A stretch of DNA of 60,451 bases, counting the filler, from Sphacelaria rigidula (Eukaryota), in the NCBI GenBank assembly GCA_964200075.2. It is 8 parts of 8 records of this genome, joined end to end, with 100 filler letters (N's around TTAATTAATTAA, not from the genome) between each part and the next. Parts side by side here need not be neighbours in the genome. Positions count along the whole stretch, not along the records: positions 45,416 to 52,883 come from CAXNAA020014789.1; positions 52,984 to 60,451 come from CAXNAA020014790.1; 6 more parts are not named here. One strand, 5' to 3'. The position numbers were made by a program, and so were the translations under genes. The notes below the pieces were generated by a model, which searched no databases, was not told the origin of the DNA, and saw only the letters and a list, made by a program, of their open reading frames with translations. Positions 49,891 through 60,451 of the stretch are shown here, in pieces (position 1 is the stretch's first letter; every line of letters begins with the position of its first letter).

Positions 49891-52800
49891 TTCCGCACTT
49901 TAGTGCAGTGTAGTGGCTATATATTACATACACTTGGACGAAAACTATACGATCACTCAAATAATGCATAAAAAACAGCGATTGGTTCCTTGGTTGCTAC
50001 TCAGCTGATAACTGATGTTGATTCATGGTGATTGTCGCGAATTAAGTGATCTCCAAGGGACCCAGCCTTGGTCATTACCGTCATTATCCACAAGGCAGAC
50101 GTACCCAAGGTAAACCAAACGCTCGCGAAAGGAAAAAAACAGCGTATCAAACAGCCGGCCATCGAAGTTGAGGATGGAGCTATTCATTGAGGATGATAAC
50201 CCGGAAAATTAATATGTTCGCATACACGCCAATTCTTCGAGATATGGTTCCATTCCTTCATCTGCTGGTAGCTCTGGACAACTACTACACGACATAAAAG
50301 TGCGGATTCCGATTATCGAAATATGGGGGTCCTAGGTTGATTTTTTTCGAGAATGTAGGTGATGCGGCCGAATCACTTAATTTTTTCTTTTTGACCTAGG
50401 ACCCCCAAATTTCGGTCATCGGAATCCATATTTTCATGTCGTGTAGTAGTTGCCAATAGCTACCAGCAGATGAAGAAATGTTAACACGGGGTGCGCCAAG
50501 CGACAACTGTGATATACCGAGATCAGCCGAGCATGCGAAAGCATCGGTGGAGGGAAGTTCGAGATACATAGTCTAGGTGTCCTGATGGTAGCCTGTGCGC
50601 ACATGAGGTAAGCAGCGTAGGCTTTCTCAACTACCGCTCCTGCAGTACGGTTTGCTGGTGCCATGAGAGCTGAGCTGTTGGCTACCGCCTCCAACTCAGG
50701 AGCCAGATGAACCGCAGCCCTCCTTCCGAACGCCGCGTGAAATGTGCCACACGCATGAAACACAATCGCGTGATGACGTACCCATTGCACTCTGATCAAA
50801 ATACGTTACATTTATATATACTAAATGGATGCAGAAACCTAAGTACTGGATATAGAGCAACCTAGTAAGTGGAGCGAAACTTCATGTAAATGGCTTGTGA
50901 TGTGGCACGTGTACATTGTACTCCTCCCGATTGCTCGGGACAATAGTGGCCTCGTACTTGCCATTCCCTTTTTTTTCTGGAACCTACCCACACTGGCAGT
51001 CGACAAAGCATGGCGGAGCTAAGTGCGCCAGGCCAAAGTAACCAGCGCTAGTAAGGGTGGGCACAATATTTTCCGGTATTTCGTTGTTTGTAGAAACTTC
51101 CGAATAGTGAACGGTGGAGCTTGTATGCACATACTATTTTGTTTCCTTGAATCATCACCTCGAAAATACATGCTGAAATCCTTTCGTTGTGAGCACGAAC
51201 TATCCTAAAATATAGTGCTCGCCCTCTCGCCTACATCCGCCTCGTACATCCCCCGCGCGCGCTGGCCGCATGCAGCGGTACTTCGGAAGAAACCGCAGAT
51301 GTGGAGGTCATTTCTCTCCTAGCAAACGCTATAGTGATCGCGAACAAAATCGCAGGACTCGAAAAGGGTTCGCATCTCCACACCAGGGTAAGTGCAAGGG
51401 TCATCGGCGTGATGAATAACGCAGCCTGTGCTAGGAAGCCCCACGCCTGTGTGTATCGCGATACTATGGGTCACGGACAACGCGGCATAGAGAAAAAAAA
51501 ACGCTCGTCAACTAAAACGTTCTCGATGGGGAATTCCACATCATGCCAAGTTTGCGGGAGATCCCGAACTATTCCATTGGCACGGGTTGCGCCGGCGTGG
51601 GCGACGAAAGTTGCAAGAGTGTCGAGGTCGGCTTTCGCATCGCCCCGCGTGATATACTATCCGCGCCCCATGTCGTTTTTTCCAGAGTAGTACGCTGACG
51701 TGAATTATCAGTTCATCTGCAATCTGCCGTCCTTAACTTCAGTGGGAGCGAGAGGTTGAGGCGTGTTCGATGATGAGTATAGAACAGTGCGATTGGCTCC
51801 GTATTGGACGTTGTATTGTGAGGTTTGCGTTTGTGTGTTGCCGATATAGCTGTACGCTGTTCTTGAACTGGGTTCCGACAATCGTCAATTCATGCTGTGC
51901 CGTGTGTTGCCGCCGTTCGTTCGTGTGTAATTCAACCTGTGCGACGTTATGATCCTCGTCGCCTGTCATTTGATGTTGGTGCTGAAATTCTGGGCATGAC
52001 GTTGATCTTTGATGATTGATTTGTTCTGTATTATCTGCGTTCGCACGCGCTTTCAACGTAACGATACTGTAGGCGTAATGGTTGTACCCATTACGTTGTT
52101 GTCTTGGAAACGTGGATGCTTTGTCTCGATCGCCAGACGCTTTCTCGTGGACACGGCGCTGTGGCTGTTGTGATTCCATCTGCGTGTTTTGCTGCTTACG
52201 TGTGATCTTGTCTCTTACCGCGTCTCGGCTGTCAAAAGAACAGTGCACCCTCTGTATCCATCCTCTCGCATATTCATGTTGTTCTCACTTCTGGGTATCT
52301 CGCATCCCAACTCCGTATTTTGCCTCTGCCTGCCCTTCCTGGTTCGGGGTTTGGAACGCAGCCGAGGAGCATAGAAGACTACGGAGAGTTTCCCCGGAGC
52401 CCACTCAAGACTCCCACGACTCAACACGAATATGCCGATGATGAGGCGTTCGCCCGTAGCCGACTCCAAGGTGTGGTGTGGTATGGCGTTCTTGTGCCCA
52501 AAACGTTGAGATGGGTACCATGAGGTGTTGACGAACACGCTTAAAGTTCATTCTTTTTGCGTTCAAGTGTCGATGGATACACGCGAGCAGCGATGTAGAC
52601 GAAGCTTGCAGTCACCGAGCTCACTGATGGACACGTAAGTTATGCACACGAAAACGTGTGCAACTCAGCCACGTAAAGCGCTCCTGGCGCACGTGGGTCA
52701 TCCTACGATAGGGGGGGGGGTGTACTCATGATCATGCCTGCCATAGTCATCAGACCATTGACCATTGACCTCGCATCCGTACAAAGCCGAGACGGAGCAC

Positions 52801-55490
52801 GCCGGGTTTTCGCCGGACCAGGCTCGCACTCAATCACCAAGCGCGAAGCGCCGTGGTGTTATCGGCGAGTCGCATGAAGGGTGNNNNNNNNNNNNNNNNN
52901 NNNNNNNNNNNNNNNNNNNNNNNNNNNTTAATTAATTAANNNNNNNNNNNNNNNNNNNNNNNNNNNNNNNNNNNNNNNNNNNNGTTTGTCATGAATTTAG
53001 GTCAGCGAAAGCACGGCTTTTGAGTTGAACCTCATTTCTTTTTTCAACCCCATTTTCGAAAATCGGCTGTTCAAGGGCGCACAGCTACATACAGTAGCGA
53101 TGCCGACGTTTTCATTTTTTTTTCACAGAGTTTTGAGATTTTTCTACTTTTTGCGGAAACTTCTAATCGCTCGAAGTATATTTTTGTTTTCTTGGCATCC
53201 CCGGGAAGGTTGTGCGTAGTGATGATACAAATATTGTGTCAAAAATTCAGCGCACAAAACTTCGGATTACCCACCGCCCGGCCCGGATACAATCGCAAAT
53301 CACTGTCAACGTACAGTACTCTTTTGGCGTTGTTTGTTTGCCATGGGAACTGACCGTAGACGCTTAAGGGTCACGGCCTCACTGACGACAGTATGCGGGT
53401 GTTTGAACGCTATCTTTTGGGCAGCGACCTCGAGCGCCACCGCAGCTATAACGGCGTGCACACGTTTGAACTATCTTCTCTGCTGACGGGCAACGCTGTT
53501 GTTTCCATGAAAGAGTGTTGGACAATTTATTTACGACTACGAGCACACCTAAACGCGGCGTAATTGCCGCCGGCTTATTTTGGATACCGGCTTTCTTTGT
53601 ACTCTGATGTATCTGATACGCTTTCCCACCGCATGTCATGTGTCCCAACATCCCCCGCCGAAATTGCAATATCTCAATACACACAGCAGCTATAGAGACA
53701 AATTGGATTGATCTATGTAGCTAGGACGCATCTCTGTCAGCCCTCGACATCGCGGCTGCGCGCACGCTTGCAGTAGCTACAAATGTCGACGTATAGTAAG
53801 GTCCATTTTTTACCATTTACGCACGATCCTCGGAACTAATTGGTGCAACTTTTATGTTAAAAACGGTGTGTATAAGCAACTACTACCTGCCTCTTGAGTT
53901 TCAGCTGGCTGGCGATCGTGCAGCGCGAGTTATCTGCGATCGCGTGTAGGTCGGTCATATTGGAAAATGGCTCTTGGGCTTGTACAGATTTCGTCGACTT
54001 TTTTCCCGGTCATCATCCGTCGATCATTCGTGTGCTTTACTGGACGGAATTGAACCGGACTTCGACGGAGGGGTAGTTGAGGATGAGTACTACAGCCGTG
54101 CATCACCATAGTTGTCACAACTTCCCCTATCAGCTTATTTTACTTCACCAAGTCGCGTTTTGGGGGTGGAGGTGAAGAACTTGACATTAAACTGGGCGAA
54201 ACACTGCCGGGATTTCTGTGTTGGTGGACACACGTGCGCCACTCAAGCCCCATGTAACGTAGAGAGGTCAAGAAGATTGAATTGTTTGTTTTTTCTGGCC
54301 AGGCCCGGTCTGGGCTTCATTTCCCTCCGCTAGCTGGCTACAGCCCAGAACAGTTCAGTATATCGATGATATTTTCAAAAGCACTATATCATCATGAAAC
54401 AAGCTTATACGGTATACCTCCGAAGGGGGGCGGTGCTCTAGCACACGGGGTCGCACACGCAAGAGAGATATTGTTTGAATTAGCTGTCTGACATCCCGTG
54501 TGTAGAGCTCTATAGTGTTTGTTCGTCTTCGCCGTTGCATTTCTAAACGATTTCTGTCGCGGTATCAACTGTATGAGATCTTAAATGGTACATACCGGGG
54601 ATACGCTCGGTACCTTACCTACGGTGCCGGTGGTACTGTCGTACCTCCACATTGATCGGCCTGCTGCCAACATGAATCGATCACAAGATCCGAAAAGACG
54701 GCCAAACACTTGTTTCATGATCATATGGCTGACGTCTCTGACTCGCGCAAGCTTCTCTACACACACATTAGCACAGGTAGCTAGTCCACGTGCAGCGGGA
54801 TCGTACCCCTACAAGAGAGTATCTCTGTGACAGACGGTGCACATACCCCAAACAGAAATTGTGCCGAAAACTCTCAACATCGTCCCCGACTAGTGCAAGC
54901 TCATGTACACGGAAAACACAACACGAAACTAATCAGCAATCATCACCCGTACTGTTTTTTTTCATAATGTGCGCTCAATATAACCCTCTCTCCCTCTCCC
55001 GTCAGAATAGATTGAAACTCATTACTGGTCTTTTGCCTTGTGGCCAGACGATTATATTTTACGGAGTATATTGCTTATTTCTCGGTTTCATGCTTTTCGT
55101 ATACTGTAATGCTTCTATCCAATTAGTGTATGTCCACATCTCATTTTTCATGTCAACAATTTTGCCCCATCATTTGGTGAACCGGCCTCCTCGGTTTGGC
55201 GAAAAAAACTATAGTCATCACCACCTGTTCACATACCATAATTTTCCGATAACTACTTTTCTCATAACTTTTCCTTTGACACAGTATATAGAACGATATA
55301 ACGCTGTACAGTAGCTGAACCGGGGTGAAACCACCTTACCCTCACCGTGAGTTTGTAGCTTGACGCCTATGTTGGTACATTTCGTCTTCTGTGTTCCCAG
55401 GTCCACGAGCGGGTCTTCTGTGTTCTCAGGTCACACCTGTTCTACCCTCACACTGAGGCGCTATCACGTCAGGCACCAGGTTTGCCCGTC

Positions 55491-55724
55491 ATGGTCAAGG
55501 CGGGGACGTGGACACCGACTACCACCTCCATTGTGGGGCTGGGGGCAGCTTTTCTGAACGGTTGTGCTACATTCCTACCGGCGACGCTAGCTCATGCTGG
55601 TGACAATGTCGGTTTCAGATCGCAGAACGAGGAGAGCGGTCGACGTCAGCCTGTAGGCATTGTGATCATGGCGCAAGGAAGGTCAGGTTCCACTATGCTA
55701 GGAGAAACCTTCCGGCAAAGCAAG
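55491..55724 (+). CDS. Carbohydrate (CHST-like) sulfotransferase, first coding exon
   Basis: Hydrophobic leader, then IVIMAQGRSGSTMLGETFRQ matching the 5'-PAPS-binding loop (RSGS) of Golgi sulfotransferases; donor AAG|GTTGGT, phase 0. Confidence 0.75.
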
Positions 55725-57734
55725 GTTGGTGCATGTTGTGCTTGTGGGTGTTCTAGACCGACTTAGGGCCCGAAGTATCGAGTCCAAAAATGTGGGAAAG
55801 CCACGTGATATCTTGCGCGATATCATAGTAAAAATGATTGTGGCGGCCGGGGATTTTTGTTTTTTTGTGCGTGCTCCGATTGATTGTGATTTGATGCCAC
55901 ATTCTTACTTCCCTCCCCAAAACGAAATCACTTTCACGAAACTAACCTTTTGGGAATAAATGTTCGTGTGAGAGCGGTGGACATGAGGGCTGTTTACCGC
56001 ATGGTCGGAAAAAAATGGTTGACACGAATAATGAGTTGCCGATCGCAGACGTCGGCATAGTTGTCATATGGGTATGAAACTAATAATGGACGGCCATCTT
56101 TTCGGATCTTGTGATCGATTGCTGTTCGCACCAGGCCGATCATTGTGCAGGTACGACGGTACCACTGTCGGGAAATCAGTGAGTTGGTTCCGAACCAAAA
56201 CATAGTTTGTGACGGCAATTTTGATAACACAGTACACCGCACCGCGGCAGGGTCCCTGCATTCGCTAGTAGTGCTACTCCACCCATGTTGTTCTGCATGG
56301 TATGTCTTGCACACTCACGAAATGCCTTGCACACGCACCAGGTTTTTTTAAGGCTACCATAAAGCCACCGCAGTTTGAAAACACCACTCGGCCGTACATG
56401 ATTTGAGCGCGGGATACCACCCTGGTATCAGTCAGCGTATCAGGAATGTGCAACGAAATACAAATGTGAATTCCTCCCGGCGCGGCATCCCTGCGTTCGC
56501 AGTCGCACCCTAGACAGCGATACACTCAGGCAATCAGGAGCATTTGCCCGCTCGGTCGTATGCTGACTAGTACTGTACAGTGCAGTACCGCCACAACAGC
56601 CGCACACAAGCACCAATTGCCTTCACATCAGCGCTTCTGTTCAGACCGGTGGCCGAACGCTAAATTCGCGGGTAGCGAAATCGCCCCACTTTAGTGGTGC
56701 TGGGGCACAGGCGGGCCGTGGATAGTGAAGTCATTGGCCCACTGCGCGTGCTGGCAAAGAAACGGGGAGAAGAAGTCTTTACCACCGTGTTTCCATCACC
56801 ACCGATCCAAAGGAAGATCCCGGTATAATTCAGTACCCTACCATATAACACAGTACGGTACAGTCAGCAGATTTTTTGTTTGAATTTGACGGTTGCAGAA
56901 CCAGAAAGCACTTGCCCGCACGGTCAATTTCGTGTTCAAGTGGTACAGTGCAGTATCGTATCAATACAGATAATCAGCCGTGAGTATACACGAGCACGTG
57001 TTTTCTTCACATTAGCCGTTCATTCAGACCCGCGGCCGAACGGTAAATCCGAAGGCAGCGAGACGTCGGCGGTCGGCTTTGGGCTGCAAAGACAGTAAAA
57101 ACTCGTCATTTTTTATTTTCTCACGTACAGGTGGGCCGTGGGCGGTGAAGGCGATGCCCTATTGTGCATACCGCTCAAGGGGAAGTAAAAGGAGCATTCA
57201 CTCAAGGTCCTTCCCCATTATCGAGAGGCGGGAATGGGCTGGGTACCGGCCTGAGATTGATGAAGTCCCTCCTTTGAATGTATTGATTCGATAGATTTTT
57301 CACAAATTATTCAATCCGCTACTAACCCAGCTGTGGTCACAACACGGCCTTAATGATCCAGATAGAAATCACGACGACGCAGGGGAAATAAAATTCAAAC
57401 CATCGAATACAGAAAGGAGCAGGAAGAAAGAAACAAAAGACAGATGAAAGTCTAATTCAAAACCAGGGGGAAAATGAGGGAAAAAAAGAGAGGGCAACGG
57501 AGACACCTCAAAAAACACCCGCCTAAACGTCGACGGAGACATTCAAAAAATACTTTACGACGTATCCAAGCTAAGGAGGACGAGGCCGTATGTGAAGTGA
57601 GACCGATAGAGCAATACATAAAACATTCTCCCAAGGTGCGCGTCGTGACGTCGCCCGCCCCCCCCCCCCGAGGCTATCGTAGGGATTGTTGAGGTGTTTC
57701 ATGCTCATTTTACCGTATGCATCAAAAGGCCTCA

Positions 57735-58680
57735 TCACGGGCGAACTACCGAACTACAAACGCATCTCCTATAGGTCCACAGTTCATTGCAGCGAGCTGC
57801 CTGACGATCGGTTGCGTGATCCTTGGTGCGTCCAAGCATCAAGTCTGGTGAGCGCCGGTTGATGGAGGCGTTCTTCCACTCGTTCAGCAAGATCGTGATG
57901 AACGTGAACACATCGAAAGTCAGACCGGTGAGGCTAGCAAAATACTTTGAAAGCTTCGAGTGGTGCTGCTCGTGAAGGTTCAGGTTCGCTCCGGGCAATT
58001 GCCGACAACTATTGAGCCCGGCGTACTTCTTGCGGCACTCCTCGTTGTGAGTGCCCTCGTGAGGTCCATCGGGTCCGAGAAACATCCCACAATTCGAACC
58101 CTCGACTCTCGCTAGAAGTTGAATGAGATGCCACAGGCGGGCATCACGCCGTCGTCGTCCGTCCCACTTCCCCCTGAATCCGCGGACAAAGCGATTTGCA
58201 GGGCATTCGCAGAATGTTTGGCCACCCCACATCCTACTCCAGCTCGGATGGAGCGCTTTGCGATGACCACACACACGATTAAACACGGGAGTAGCGATCA
58301 GCGAACGCAGCAGTATCACACGTGATGATAGTGTTGGTCAAACGCAACATAACCCGGAGTCCGATCCCGCTCCGATTACGGCGATCAACAACGACAAATC
58401 CACGGAAACGTAAAGCGCGACGAAAACATCGCAAAAAGGAACAATTTTGAAAGGCAAGAGGGGTGAGGAGCGAGGTGTAAAGAGGATGTACAGAAGGCGT
58501 CAAGATTACCGCAGGGCCGAAGCGCTTGATTGCTGAACGTGAGAATACATACAAGAGGAGTATTGCCCCCATAGAATAAAGGTCGTTGTCGTCCCACCTG
58601 CATAGTGATCGTGCTCGCCATTCCGTCCACCTTCAGCCTGGAGACCATCCGGGATAAGCTCAACTTTGAACTGGCGATTT
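57735..58680 (-). pseudogene. KDZ (Kyakuja-Dileera-Zisupton)-like transposase remnant
   Basis: DGPHEGTHNEECRKKY...NLNLHEQHHSKL...LTFDVF...LLNEWKN fits the KDZ D-xx-H-xx-H-xxx-C and EQ-xx-S-x-L C-terminal pattern; an upstream YDVGCQ motif can be rebuilt through one stop and one frameshift near 58220-58236. Confidence 0.65.
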
Positions 58681-60294
58681 CAGTTCGAACATCGCGCCGG
58701 GGGGGGGAGGGGGAGGGACGGCGGGTGGTAAATAGCTTCAGGAAAATAGCTTCAGAAATAAGAAAAAGAAGCTACGTACGTGAACAAATACGTTGACAAG
58801 CAGGAAGAAAGTATCTACATAGGGCAAACTACTTACACCAATATTAAAGACTCCAGCCAACCCTCCACCGTGAAAAAAATACCCAAACTAGCGAGAGTAG
58901 TATCGGTTGTTACGACTCCTACACGACATAGCTCAACCACGATCGAAACGTATGTAAACATATGACGAGCCTGAACGATTAACCGAACAGTGACTTGCAA
59001 TAGCATAGCATGAACCCTCCCGTACTTCACCACCACCACATACATGGGAATGCTTACCGTGTGATGGTTGCCAAGGCTTATCCCAGCACGAGGCTGCTGC
59101 TATTATTATGGTCTCGGAATAGCGCTTGGAATAGCACCCGTGCCCTCCAGGGTAGGGCACTTTACGTGGGCCCACTCTCCGGCGGCCGACCGACAAAGGC
59201 TTGTGGACTGTCGCACCGGAAACCAGCTAGTCTGTATGATGCGCAGCAACACGGGGACGCACGCTGCTTTCACGTCCGCTCTCATGTGCTCTAGCTGTCA
59301 CTGCTCTGTGGTGTGTTTAGACCTTGCGAAGACGGTTTGGCCTCCGGTGAGATTTACTGAGCTCCTGCTGTATTGTCGTGTTCATCTCTCTTCTGTAAAA
59401 TATAGTTTCAGTCGGGACGGAGAGCTCTCTACACACTTGACTGTTGGAAACTTTATGCTGCTACCGAGATTCATCATGTGCTATTCGCGTGATACCGAAC
59501 ATGGCTGGGTAAAAACAGACAACCAGCGCCGGTATGCAGCGCTCGACCGGCTGGGCCAGATCCGGTGCTCCGATGAAAGAAACAACCCACAGCATAGTGC
59601 AGACATACTGCACAGCCAGGGTACTGCTTGCGCCCGTCAGCATGGCGGCCGCCACCGTTGGCAACTGCGCCAGCACTAGTGGCCACGGAAAGACACAACC
59701 AGCCATACCAATATTAGGATATCCCGATTCACGAGCATCGCAATGACGCCCCGCGTCGGCAATGTACCGCTCGCTGTCTGCTTATCTGCTTGCAGCTTCG
59801 TTTCTCTGCTGCTGTTCTATACGTCCCGGCGCTACTGTCCACTCCTGTACTGTAGCATGTACACTACAGGTGTGACTCGAGTGTGTGAGCCAATCTCAAG
59901 CATTTTTCACTATATAATTCACCAGGAAGGTCGCATTTCATTGGCGCTGGATTCCGCTGATTCCTCGCCGAATGGCCTCTGATTGGTTGAGTTCCATATT
60001 TCACTACAAAACTCTACCCCCATATCTTGCAGGTACGGCGACAGCAGAGTGTAGGATAGTACAGTGTCGTTCGTTATGATGATACATACAGCAGCGCAAC
60101 GCGTCATAAAATATTGCCATCGCCGCAGGGTACGGCGTCAACATTTATTCTCCGCTTATGAAACCTCGTGGGATGCTGCTCCAGCAGCTGGCGCAGGCAA
60201 GCACGGCCTGTGCTCGTCACGAGACTGTCTGCTGCATGCTACAGTTACAAAAAATAACAAACGTCTGTTGCCCCATCACCGTACGTCAATTTGT

Positions 60295-60385
60295 GTGCGT
60301 GTGTGTGTTGTCGTCCTGTGTTTCTATTCTAGACGCCGGCCTACACCTTTCGATATATGTGGGCGCACCAGCCGGGGTCACACGA
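60295..60385 (-). mobile_element. SINE A 3' fragment
   Basis: GTGTGTGTTGTCGTCC...GCGCACCAGCCGGGGTCACAC. Confidence 0.7.
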
Positions 60386-60451
60386 GGTGTACTCATGATC
60401 ATGCATGCCGTAGTCATAAGACCATTGACCTCGCATCCCCACAAAGCCAGG

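Noticed and set aside
49607..49969. Poly-Asn / poly-Val ORFs
   Set aside because: Microsatellite translation

Overview
Eukaryotic, intron-rich, repeat-rich nuclear DNA. It most resembles a brown alga or other stramenopile; this is an inference from gene structure, repeat style and a CHST-type sulfotransferase, not a database result. The window is not one locus. It is eight contigs of 7470, 7470, 7469, 7469, 7469, 7468, 7468 and 7468 bp joined by 100-bp N-TTAATTAATTAA-N spacers, so it is a size-sorted concatenation and neighbourhood across spacers is meaningless. Supportable genes are all partial: six 5' exons of ATG2 (minus), exon 1 of GTP cyclohydrolase I (minus), the last two exons of a CCR4/Angel/nocturnin-type EEP nuclease (minus), the first coding exon of a carbohydrate sulfotransferase (plus), and a large first exon of an unidentified type II membrane protein (minus). 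The rest is dense, nested mobile DNA. This includes a tRNA-derived (CA)n-tailed SINE, a decayed RTE-like LINE, (CAA)n-tailed retroposon ends, a KDZ transposase pseudogene, possible Mutator/Phantom and copia remnants, and several MITE families whose termini and target-site duplications (TSDs) can be read directly. I found no clear self-contained novel system. The best leads are unclassified MITE families and a palindromic core shared by elements with different ends.
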